A stretch of 64,000 bases of DNA from Candidatus Caldarchaeum sp. (GTDB taxonomy: Archaea > Thermoproteota > Nitrososphaeria_A > Caldarchaeales > Caldarchaeaceae): assembly GCA_038885755.1 (NCBI GenBank), contig JAVZZH010000001.1, forward strand, positions 288,001-352,000, written 5' to 3'. Positions 37,759-45,990 of this stretch are shown piece by piece. The position numbers and the translations under genes are program-made. Position 1 is the first letter of the stretch. Each line of letters opens with the position of its first letter. The notes beneath the pieces are model-generated. The model was given only the letters and a program-made list of their open reading frames with translations, was not told the DNA's origin and searched no databases.

Positions 37759-38757
37759 ATGGCTGAATCGATGACGCAGAGCCAGCTGCTCACGGGCGAA
37801 AAGCTGCTGAAGATGTTCAGGAAGATGGTTGAAATCAGGTTGTTCGAGGAGAGGGTTGAGAAGCTCTACAGGGAGGGTAAGATAACGGGCCCGACGCATC
37901 TCTACTTGGGGCAGGAGGCTGTGGCTGTCGGCGTCGTCGAGGCCCTCGACCGCAACGACATCATCATCTCGACTTACAGAGGACATGGACACGGCTTGGC
38001 TCGGGGAGTGTCGATGGAAGCTGTGCTGGGCGAGATCCTCGGCAGGGCTGTCGGAACCTGTAAAGGGCTGGGCGGGTCGATGCACGCCCCCATCTCCACG
38101 GAGCATAGAATACCTCTGGCGACGGCCATCGTCGGAAGCGGCTTACCGATAGCGGTCGGCGCAGCGCTCGGCTTCAAGCATCGTGGCGAGAAGAACCTAG
38201 CCGCAGTCTTCTTCGGAGACGGGGCGGTCAACACCGGAGCCTTCCACGAAGCACTCAACCTAGCATCGGTCTGGCGCCTCCCAGTAATGTTCGTCTGCGA
38301 GAACAACCTTTACGCCATGACCACAGCCCTGTCGAGAACCTTCGCAGGTGAAAGCATAGCGGCTCGAGCCTCGTCCTACGGAATAAAGACCTATGTTGTC
38401 AACGGAAACGACGTCGTCGAGGTTTACGAAAAGGCTTCGGACGCCGCCTCCCGCGTGAGGGCTGGAGAGGGGCCTGCATTCCTTGAATGCAGGACGTACA
38501 GGCAGAAGGGGCATGGAGGATACGACCTAGGGACGTGGTACAGGCCTAAGGAGGAGATCGATGAATGGCTCGCCAGAGACCCGGTGGAGCTTTTGTTCAG
38601 CAGGCTCAAGGCTGGAGGATTGTTGGACGAAGATGGTCGGAGAGCCGTTGAGGAGGAGGTTCTAAAAGCATTGGACGCCGTCGTCGAGAAAACCCTCAAC
38701 TCGCCCGTGGCCGACTTTAGCGTCTTGGAGGGCCTGGTCTACGCGTCGAAGGTGTAG
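37759..38757 (+). CDS. 2-oxoacid/acetoin dehydrogenase E1 alpha subunit
   Basis: HLYLGQEA, GGSMH, TPP motif GDGA...G.FHE.LN, ENN.YA, TYR..GH. Confidence 0.95.
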   Translation: MAESMTQSQLLTGEKLLKMFRKMVEIRLFEERVEKLYREGKITGPTHLYLGQEAVAVGVVEALDRNDIIISTYRGHGHGLARGVSMEAVLGEILGRAVGTCKGLGGSMHAPISTEHRIPLATAIVGSGLPIAVGAALGFKHRGEKNLAAVFFGDGAVNTGAFHEALNLASVWRLPVMFVCENNLYAMTTALSRTFAGESIAARASSYGIKTYVVNGNDVVEVYEKASDAASRVRAGEGPAFLECRTYRQKGHGGYDLGTWYRPKEEIDEWLARDPVELLFSRLKAGGLLDEDGRRAVEEEVLKALDAVVEKTLNSPVADFSVLEGLVYASKV

Positions 38758-38761
38758 CGCC

Positions 38762-39760
38762 GTGGGGTTGAGGGAGCTAACCTACGTCGAGGCTCTGAAC
38801 GAAGCCCTCAGGGAGGAGATGAGGAGGGATAGTTCAGTGATAGTCTTTGGCGAGGAGGTGGCGCTGGCTGGAGGCGTTTACAAGGTGACGAAAGACCTTC
38901 TCAAGGAGTTCGGGCCGGGCAGAGTCATGGATACTCCTATATCGGAGATAGCTATCGTGGGGGCGGCTATAGGAGCTGCCCTGAACGGCTTGAGACCAGT
39001 CGCCGAGCTGATGTTCTTCGACTTCGCCGGCATAGCTTTCGACCAGATCGTCACGCATGCGTCGAAGATAAGGTTCATGAGCGGAGGCCAGGTCAAGCTA
39101 CCCCTCGTCATCAGGACGCAGTACAGCCTGGGCCGGTCTTACGGAAGCCAGCACACCCAGTTTCTAGCTGCTTGCTTCATGCAGGCCCCCGGGCTCAAGA
39201 TAGTCCTCCCTGCAACGCCTTACGACGCCAAGGGATTGCTGAAGTCAGCCATCAGAGACGACGACCCAGTCCTTTTCATAGAGTCGGGGGCCCTCTATTT
39301 CAACAAGAGCTACTACGGCTACAAAGGACCTGTCCCGGAGGAGGAGTACCTAGTTCCTGTCGGCAAGGCCGACGTCAAGGTTGAGGGGGATGACGCCACT
39401 GTGGTCGCCCTTTCCCGAACGGTCTCCGAAGCTGTGGCGGCTGCCAAGAAGCTCAACGAAATGGGGTTAAAGCCTGAGGTCGTCGACCTCAGAACCATCC
39501 AGCCGATGGACTATGATACTGTGGTAAGGTCGGTGAGGAAGACCAACAGGCTTGTGATCGCCGAGGACAGCGTCAAGACGGGCGGCGTATCAGCCGAGGT
39601 GGCTGCCTACGTCTGTGAGCATGCTTTCGAAGCCCTCGAGCACCCCGTCGTACGCCTGAACTCGCCGCCCATGCCGGCACCCCAGTCTCAGCCGCTGGAG
39701 AAGCAGTACATGGTTTCAGCCGACATGATCGTCGAGGCTGTGAAAAGGCTCTGCGTCTAG
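38762..39760 (+). CDS. 2-oxoacid/acetoin dehydrogenase E1 beta subunit
   Basis: DTPISE, GLRPVAE, QHTQ, PYDAKGLL, EVVDLRT. Confidence 0.95.
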   Translation: MGLRELTYVEALNEALREEMRRDSSVIVFGEEVALAGGVYKVTKDLLKEFGPGRVMDTPISEIAIVGAAIGAALNGLRPVAELMFFDFAGIAFDQIVTHASKIRFMSGGQVKLPLVIRTQYSLGRSYGSQHTQFLAACFMQAPGLKIVLPATPYDAKGLLKSAIRDDDPVLFIESGALYFNKSYYGYKGPVPEEEYLVPVGKADVKVEGDDATVVALSRTVSEAVAAAKKLNEMGLKPEVVDLRTIQPMDYDTVVRSVRKTNRLVIAEDSVKTGGVSAEVAAYVCEHAFEALEHPVVRLNSPPMPAPQSQPLEKQYMVSADMIVEAVKRLCV

Positions 39761-40002
39761 GACGTCTCGATCTCGGCTATGGCCTCGCCGACGCTTACCT
39801 CTTCTCCGACGCCGTGGAGGATTTTCACCACCCGTCCGTTCACCTCTGAGGGAACCTCAACCGCCGCCTTCTCCGTCTCGACGACAACAACAACCTCTCC
39901 CTTCCTGACGTAGTCGCCCTCCTTCTTCAGCCACTCCGCTATCTTACCCGACTCCATCGCCACGTCTATCCTTGGAAGCACGAGCCTGTAGACGCCCGGC
40001 AT
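39757..40002 (-). CDS. Stand-alone lipoyl domain protein
   Basis: LP.....MESGKI.EWLKKEGD.V..GE....VETEKA..EVPS...G; ends after one domain. Confidence 0.9.
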   Translation of the reverse strand: MPGVYRLVLPRIDVAMESGKIAEWLKKEGDYVRKGEVVVVVETEKAAVEVPSEVNGRVVKILHGVGEEVSVGEAIAEIETS

Positions 40003-40116
40003 GGTTCTTCGCCTTGTTTTTAAATCCGCCTGCTTATAAACCGGTATCACTTATTTAGGCTTAACCAAGCTACCGTCATATACCCGCCAGATGGATGAGT
40101 ACCCGGGTGAGTTGAA

Positions 40117-40224
40117 ATGGTCAGCCTGGATACTTTGATAAGCCTTCTCATCCTCGCGGTCCTTTCCTACGAGACTTGGTTGATGCATAAGATTTACAGG
40201 AGCGAGAACGGCAACAAGACTTAG
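40117..40224 (+). CDS. 35-aa single-TM microprotein (absent from ORF track)
   Basis: MVSLDTLISLLILAVLSYETWLMHKIYRSENGNKT*; GGGTGA SD 6 nt upstream; fills an otherwise empty gap. Confidence 0.55.
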   Translation: MVSLDTLISLLILAVLSYETWLMHKIYRSENGNKT

Positions 40225-40544
40225 AGGATTAGGCAGCGTCTTCCGTCGAATTCAATCCGGTCGAAGAACGTGATTATCCAGCCCCTGTCCACCTCCTCTC
40301 CACCATCCCTCTTCTGAAACCCTATGAAGCCGAAGCTCTTAGCCTCAACCACTAACTCCAAGGCGATGAACTCCTCCTCCAGCACGAACCGGTTCCCTTC
40401 AATCCTGCCCACGCCCACAACCCAGCCCGGGCTGTCGTCGCCAAACTTCCTCCAATAGTTGATCCTAGCCACCTTCCTCCTCGACTCAGCCAGCCTCGAC
40501 GCCTCCTCAGGCATCAACGTGTTGTCGAAGACGTACGTCGGCAT
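40221..40544 (-). CDS. Hypothetical protein
   Basis: 107-aa ORF with typical codon usage, divergent from the FAD oxidoreductase. Confidence 0.7.
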   Translation of the reverse strand: MPTYVFDNTLMPEEASRLAESRRKVARINYWRKFGDDSPGWVVGVGRIEGNRFVLEEEFIALELVVEAKSFGFIGFQKRDGGEEVDRGWIITFFDRIEFDGRRCLIL

Positions 40545-40604
40545 CCATCGATGGCTCTCTCGCCTGTTTTTAAAGTAATAACCAACCTTGATTCAGTACG
40601 TGTT

Positions 40605-41783
40605 ATGCGTTTCGACGTGGTTGTCGTCGGCGGCGGTTCAACCGGCTCGTCTATCGCCTACCACCTTGTCAAGCACGGTGCGGGCAGGGTTGCTTTGGTT
40701 GAGAAGGACCGGGTTGGCTGGGGTCAGACGGGCAGGTCAACCGCCGTGGTTCGGCTCCACTACAGCACGCCCGAGGTAGCTTTGATGGCTCTGGAGAGCT
40801 GGCGTGTGCTGAAGAACATGGAAAGGGAGGTTGGTGGGCCCTCTGGCTTCACGGTCTGCGGCTTCATTCTCCTTGCGGGTGAAGAGGACCGGCGTGGCCT
40901 CGAGAGGAACGTGGCCATGCTCAGGAAAGTAGGCGTGGAAACCATGGTTCTTTCGCCGGAGGAGGTTAAGGAAATAGCCCCGTACATCGATGTCGGCAAC
41001 TTGTCGGCAGCGGCTTACGAGCCTCTTTCGGGGTTCGCCGACCCTGTCGCCACTGCTCAGAGCTTCGCCAACGCCGCCGTCCGCGACGGATGCGTGTTGA
41101 TGGAGTCCTGCGAAGTTGTTGGCGTGAGGGTTGAGCGCGGGCTGGTCGAGCGGCTGATAACCAGCCGCGGGGAGGTCGAGGCTGAGATTGTCGTTAACGC
41201 CGTGGGTGTCTGGGCCAACTCGCTCCTCGAAATGGTTGGCGAGCAGCTTCCCATAGAAGTCATGAAGGAGGAGATAGTTGTGTGGAACAGGCCGGAGACG
41301 TTCAGAGGAGTTCATCCAGTGGTAGGCGACCTCCCCAACAACTACTACATGAGGCCTTTCGGTGAAATCCAGACTTACATGGGAAGCATAAACCCCGATA
41401 TGGCTAGGAGAGAAAAACACCCGTCATCCTTCAACCTCGAGGAGAAAGTCGGGCTAGACACAGCGTCCAAGTACGGCGAAGCGGTGTCCAGCAGAATTCC
41501 AGCGATGGCTGAAGCGCGGATGGCGGGTGGATGGGTTGGTCTTTATGACGTGACGCCCGACTGGCACCCCATCGTCGACTACTGCTCCAGCGTCAAGAAC
41601 CTGTTCAACGTCGTCGGCCTCAGCGGACACGGGTTCAAGCTATGCCCAGCCCTGGGAATGCTCGCAGCCGACATAATTCTAGGACGGAAGAAACCCCTCA
41701 TCAACCCTGACTTCTTCAGCCTCAAGCGGTTCGAAGAAGGAAGGCTCATCGGAAAGTCCTACAAGTACGGAGTGCTGTCCTGA
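40605..41783 (+). CDS. FAD-dependent oxidoreductase (sarcosine oxidase beta/DadA family)
   Basis: GGGSTG Rossmann motif, GQTGRS, VNAVGVW, GLYDVTPDWHP, G.SGHGFK. Confidence 0.92.
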   Translation: MRFDVVVVGGGSTGSSIAYHLVKHGAGRVALVEKDRVGWGQTGRSTAVVRLHYSTPEVALMALESWRVLKNMEREVGGPSGFTVCGFILLAGEEDRRGLERNVAMLRKVGVETMVLSPEEVKEIAPYIDVGNLSAAAYEPLSGFADPVATAQSFANAAVRDGCVLMESCEVVGVRVERGLVERLITSRGEVEAEIVVNAVGVWANSLLEMVGEQLPIEVMKEEIVVWNRPETFRGVHPVVGDLPNNYYMRPFGEIQTYMGSINPDMARREKHPSSFNLEEKVGLDTASKYGEAVSSRIPAMAEARMAGGWVGLYDVTPDWHPIVDYCSSVKNLFNVVGLSGHGFKLCPALGMLAADIILGRKKPLINPDFFSLKRFEEGRLIGKSYKYGVLS

Positions 41784-41820
41784 GCAGATTTTTAAAGAAC
41801 CAGCCACAGGCTATGGGTGA

Positions 41821-41921
41821 GCCCTGGTAGCTCAGCCTGGTGGAGCGACCGCTTGGTAAGCGGTAGAGCCCGTGGCGAACACGGGGCGCCGACGTCCGGG
41901 GTTCAAAGCCCCGCCAGGGCT
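41821..41921 (+). tRNA. tRNA-Thr(GGT) with 27-nt intron (41867-41893) at position 45/46
   Basis: Acceptor GCCCTGG/CCAGGGC, anticodon arm ACCGC-TT-GGT-AA-GCGGT; removing 41867-41893 restores variable loop AGGTC. Confidence 0.92.
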
Positions 41922-41986
41922 TCTGACACAGAAGCATCGTTTTGAAGCGGGGGCCTTTGGCTTTGCCGCGTCTGCCCCCATCAGGT

Positions 41987-43072
41987 TTATTCAAGGTTTA
42001 CGGGGATGAACCTAAGTCTTCCAGAGACTTTCTTAGACGGCGGTCTGCCCACTATGTGGACCTGACTGCCGCATTCGAGGCATCTGTTGTCTTTGTCGAG
42101 CCTCCAGTCTAGAATGTCGTATCCGTGTCTTTCGACGACTACTTTTCCGCAGCCGGGGCAGTAGGTGTTCTCCAGCGGATGGCCGGGCACGTTTCCCACG
42201 TAGACGTAGAGCAGGCCCTCCTCCCGGGCTATCTGGCAGTGTTTCTCAAGCGTCTCGACAGGCGTCCACGGAAGGTGTAGGAGCTTGTAGTCGGGGTGGA
42301 AGCGTAGGAAGTGTATCGGTGTCTCTTGGCCTAAGTTTTCGTAAACCCATCGACAGAGCCTCCTCGCCGCTTCGAGGCTGTCGCCTATCTCTGGAACGAT
42401 GAGGTCGGTTATCTCGACATGGATCTTCGTCCTCCTCTTAATCTCGAGAAGGGTCTGGAAGACGGGCTCGGCGTCCGGGATGCCTATGTATCTTTGGACG
42501 AACCTCTTCTCTCCGCTTCCCTTAAAGTCGACGGTCGCGCAGTCGAGAAACTCCGCAGCCATGCCGACCGCCTCGGGGGTCCAGTAGCCGTTCGTCACGA
42601 AGACGTTTATCAAGCCTTTACGCCTCGCGATGACGCCTATGTCGTGGGCGTATTCCATGAAGATCGACGGCTCGTTGTAGGTGTATGCTATGCCGTCGCT
42701 GCCGTACCTCAGCGCCATCTCAACAACCCTCTCAGGCGGAGCATCAACTCCCTCCACCTTCCTACGCTGGCTTATGTCGAAGTTCTGGCAGTAGGCGCAC
42801 AGCCAGTTGCATCCCGTCGTCGCTATGCTGAAGATCTTGCTTCCGGGCCTGTAGTGCGTGACCGGCTTCTTCTCGATAGGGTCGACGTGGCCGGTGATTA
42901 CCTTGCCGTAGACGAAGAGGCGGAGCTGGTTGTCGACGACGCCTCTTACCCCGCATAGGCCGACTTGGTTGTTCTTAAGGGAACAGTAGCGCGCACATGC
43001 GGTGCAGACCACCCGGTCCTCCGCAGTCCTGCGATAGAGCTTGGCAGGGGACCCTAGAAACTTGGCCTCCAT
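41987..43072 (-). CDS. amrS: AmmeMemoRadiSam system radical SAM enzyme
   Basis: N-terminal CxxC...C..G.CGVR, DPIEKKP, CNWLCAYCQN, YTYNEP, RFHPDYK, YVGNVPG...NTYCP.CG. Confidence 0.92.
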   Translation of the reverse strand: MEAKFLGSPAKLYRRTAEDRVVCTACARYCSLKNNQVGLCGVRGVVDNQLRLFVYGKVITGHVDPIEKKPVTHYRPGSKIFSIATTGCNWLCAYCQNFDISQRRKVEGVDAPPERVVEMALRYGSDGIAYTYNEPSIFMEYAHDIGVIARRKGLINVFVTNGYWTPEAVGMAAEFLDCATVDFKGSGEKRFVQRYIGIPDAEPVFQTLLEIKRRTKIHVEITDLIVPEIGDSLEAARRLCRWVYENLGQETPIHFLRFHPDYKLLHLPWTPVETLEKHCQIAREEGLLYVYVGNVPGHPLENTYCPGCGKVVVERHGYDILDWRLDKDNRCLECGSQVHIVGRPPSKKVSGRLRFIPVNLE

Positions 43073-43110
43073 CCAACTATAGTTTAAGGCTGCATGCTAT
43101 TAAGCTCTTT

Positions 43111-43554
43111 TCACTTACCCAGCGGGACCAGAGGCTTGGAGCCGAGAAGCCTGTTGTGCTCCTTCATCATGCACCTGTTCCAGACCACTGTTATCCCCTC
43201 TTTTGAGAGAATCTCAGCCGCCTCCTTGTTGTAGATACCCTCCTGCATCCAGAAGACTTTTGGCTTAATCTTCAGAGCTGACCGAGCCACTTCCAAGACC
43301 GCCTCGCTGGGCCTGAAAACTTCGACAACGTCCACACCTTGCCCTACTTCCTCAAGTGTTTTGTAAGGCTTGAGCCCCATCACTTCGTCGGCGTAGGGGT
43401 TGACAGGTATTATCTCGTAGCCGTGCCGCATCAAGAACCTCGGAACATAGTTGGACGGCTTAGCGGGGTCGCGTGAAGCCCCCACGACTGCTATCCTCTT
43501 GTAGTTTGTTAGTATTTCACGGACCTGCTGGTCGGTCAACCCGTCTGACTCCAT
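43111..43554 (-). CDS. CoA-binding protein (YccU-like)
   Basis: IAVVGAS....KPS, IPVNP, VDVV.VFR, WMQEGI, NRCM. Confidence 0.92.
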   Translation of the reverse strand: MESDGLTDQQVREILTNYKRIAVVGASRDPAKPSNYVPRFLMRHGYEIIPVNPYADEVMGLKPYKTLEEVGQGVDVVEVFRPSEAVLEVARSALKIKPKVFWMQEGIYNKEAAEILSKEGITVVWNRCMMKEHNRLLGSKPLVPLGK

Positions 43555-43633
43555 GCTTAAAATCGTGTCTCTCCCGCTTCAAAAGCTTTACCCGGACACA
43601 AACTAATTATCGAGTCTTTCACCTTTTTCAAGG

Positions 43634-44407
43634 ATGGCTGCGAGCCTTGCTCTCAGAATTGCTCATTTCTCCGACACGCACATCAGCAACTACGGATTGC
43701 ATCTGCCCCAATCCCTCGAGTCTTTCATAAAGCAGTTGAACAAGCTTGACCCACGCCCTGACATAGCTATTCATACAGGCGACTTGACAGACCATGGAAT
43801 ACTGATGGACTACGAGCTTGCTAAGGAGAAGATGCAGCAGCTGGAGGTGGACGTGCTTTACGTTCCCGGAAACCATGACGAGAAGAACTACGGCGACTCG
43901 CTTTTCAGAGAGCTGGTGTCCCACGTCGACGTGTTGACCGGCGTGGGCAAGGCCGTTGTCCTAGGCTTGGACAGCGCGATACCGGACAGCGACTACGGTC
44001 GGCTGGGGAGGTGGCGGCAGGAGTTGATCAAAAACAAGCTGAGCCAGTTCGACGAGGAGGTTTTGAAGATAGTGGCTTTCCACCATCATCTAGTTCCAGT
44101 GCCCTTCGCGGGGAGGGAGAAGGACATACTCGAGGATGCTGGCGACGTGCTTAAGACCATCGTGGACACGGGAGTGAACATGGTTTTGATGGGGCACCGC
44201 CATGTCAGGAACGCCGTCATGGTTGGAGGAAGCCTGCTCGTGAACGCGGGAACAGTGTCTTGCGTGAGAACTCGTGGAAGGCTGGGCAACAGCTTCAACC
44301 TCATAGACGTTTATGAAGACGGGTGTGCGGAAGTCGTCGAAATCCGCATACCTTCAGGAGACAGGGCGCTCTTAGGCCGGTTTAAACTGCTGGGTGAGAA
44401 TGGATGA
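43634..44407 (+). CDS. Calcineurin-like metallophosphoesterase (CpdA/Icc-like)
   Basis: SDTH, TGDLT, PGNHD, HHH, GHRH. Confidence 0.92.
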   Translation: MAASLALRIAHFSDTHISNYGLHLPQSLESFIKQLNKLDPRPDIAIHTGDLTDHGILMDYELAKEKMQQLEVDVLYVPGNHDEKNYGDSLFRELVSHVDVLTGVGKAVVLGLDSAIPDSDYGRLGRWRQELIKNKLSQFDEEVLKIVAFHHHLVPVPFAGREKDILEDAGDVLKTIVDTGVNMVLMGHRHVRNAVMVGGSLLVNAGTVSCVRTRGRLGNSFNLIDVYEDGCAEVVEIRIPSGDRALLGRFKLLGENG

Positions 44408-45084
44408 AGACGGCTGCCGTTCTCGTGATCGTGTTTCTGGGTTTGGCGGCTTTCTCGGTGCTGTTGGTCGCGGGGCCTAGGGCTGAAAACGCTACAACCG
44501 CAACGACAACCCTGACCGTCGTCTCGACCGTCATGGCGACTCAAACCGTGACGACCATAGTTTCAAAGACTGTTTCAGGTACGGAGGTGGTGCGATCCTC
44601 AGCCCTGCTGGAGCTCCTTTCCAGTAGATATCCAAGCTACGAGTCGATGGAAACTTACCGCATCAAGCTGCCGTCGAAGCCCGGTACCTACCAGTACAGC
44701 TTCGCCGTCTTCTGGAGATACGGCCAAAACCACACCCACGTCATCATAATAGAGCCTCCGGAGAAGGCTGAGATGGTTTTCATGCTCGACAGCCTCATCC
44801 AGACGCGTTTCGTGTCAGCCAGACACCTGCCGAACATCCCTGCTCCATGGCCTCCGACAGCACGGCTAACCGAAACGGTGCTGACGGAGGACGGCCGTGT
44901 TTCGTCGAGAGCTTGGAACATAACTAGGAATGTGCCCGGATACCCCAGCACTCCTCAAGTCGAGAGGAGCGGTGCGCAGGCCTGGGTGGTCTCCTACAAT
45001 CCCCTACAGGACGAGCAGTCGGGGGACAGCCTAGTCGCTAGATACTACTTCTTGGTGGTGAGGGTTATCTCCTCAACTTCTTGA
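44404..45084 (+). CDS. Membrane-anchored/secreted hypothetical protein with Thr-rich linker
   Basis: N-terminal hydrophobic signal, T/V-rich stretch, ATGA overlap with the upstream gene. Confidence 0.75.
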   Translation: MKTAAVLVIVFLGLAAFSVLLVAGPRAENATTATTTLTVVSTVMATQTVTTIVSKTVSGTEVVRSSALLELLSSRYPSYESMETYRIKLPSKPGTYQYSFAVFWRYGQNHTHVIIIEPPEKAEMVFMLDSLIQTRFVSARHLPNIPAPWPPTARLTETVLTEDGRVSSRAWNITRNVPGYPSTPQVERSGAQAWVVSYNPLQDEQSGDSLVARYYFLVVRVISSTS

Positions 45085-45382
45085 GCTTCGTTATGTCCGT
45101 CGTCCTGTATGTCCTGTAGACCTGAACGGCCAGCAGCAGTGCGAGAGCTACCACCGCCGCTCCAACCCCCAGCGACAACAGTATGAAAGACTGGGCGTAG
45201 GGGTCGACTAAGCCTCCGCCGTGCTTGGCCGAGATGGCCACGAAGTTGAGGTGGGCGGAGTTGACCATGATCTCTAGGCCGATTATCTGCTTGATGAGGC
45301 TTTTACGGGTGGCTAGGCAGTAGGCTCCTACTATGAACAGCAGGGATGCGATCAGGACGTAGTAGAGGACTGGAAGGCCCAC
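45065..45382 (-). CDS. NuoK/MnhC-like membrane subunit
   Basis: LF.VG.Y....RKS..K.IIG.EIM.N, Q.F.L....GAA..A.AL, YR.Y.T.DI..L..L. Confidence 0.88.
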   Translation of the reverse strand: MGLPVLYYVLIASLLFIVGAYCLATRKSLIKQIIGLEIMVNSAHLNFVAISAKHGGGLVDPYAQSFILLSLGVGAAVVALALLLAVQVYRTYRTTDITKLKKLRR

Positions 45383-45384
45383 GG

Positions 45385-45645
45385 CTAATCCTCCCTCCTG
45401 AGCATCGCAGAAAGACCTATCACGAGAGTGAGCAGGACGAGGCCGAAGGCTATGAATGCAGGGAAAAGGCCTCCGTAGAGGTATGACGTGACGTCTCGCC
45501 AGAGTGGGCCCGGCTCGGCGGGGACTAGGCGGCTTAGGCCTTCACCCCAGAACTTGTAGGCCGGGGAGCTGCTTGCCAGAGCTGAGAAGAGTACGAAAGC
45601 GAGGACCAGGACCGCTGCGGAGCCGAGGACCTCAGCCAGCCTCAT
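45385..45645 (-). CDS. NuoJ C-terminal-half-like membrane protein
   Basis: 2 TMs; YLY..LFP.F...G.VLL..VIG...L.R pattern; sits immediately before the nuoK-like gene. Confidence 0.6.
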   Translation of the reverse strand: MRLAEVLGSAAVLVLAFVLFSALASSSPAYKFWGEGLSRLVPAEPGPLWRDVTSYLYGGLFPAFIAFGLVLLTLVIGLSAMLRRED

Positions 45646-45890
45646 TCCTCATAACCCTTGGTGAGCAGGATGACGAACAGGAACAGGGCCACGATGCCGC
45701 CTGCGTATATGAGGAGCTGGAACAAGGCCACGGGGTAGGCTCCGAGGACGAGGAATATCACTCCGAGAGTTGCTGTGTAGCCGAGTAAACCCATCACACT
45801 CCTCACAAGCCTCGACTGCTCCACAGCCAGTATTGCGAACAGCACGGCGGCGGCCAGAAGAAGAACCTCTAAAAGGTCTAGGGTTATCAT
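45642..45890 (-). CDS. NuoJ N-terminal-half-like membrane protein
   Basis: 3 TMs; V.S...L, F..LGA..VA.FQL.IYAG.I..L.LF.I.L. Confidence 0.75.
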   Translation of the reverse strand: MITLDLLEVLLLAAAVLFAILAVEQSRLVRSVMGLLGYTATLGVIFLVLGAYPVALFQLLIYAGGIVALFLFVILLTKGYEE

Positions 45891-45990
45891 CTCAATCCCG
45901 GCGTGGGATAATGTAGATCGGGGAAATAAATGGATGACCCCGTTCACGTGTAGAGTTAATATTGTTGCCGGTTAGCCGTTTCTCAAGGGT

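Noticed and set aside
41865-41896. Long variable arm (type II or Sec-like tRNA)
   Set aside because: The anticodon is GGT (Thr), and a BHB-like motif explains the insert as an intron
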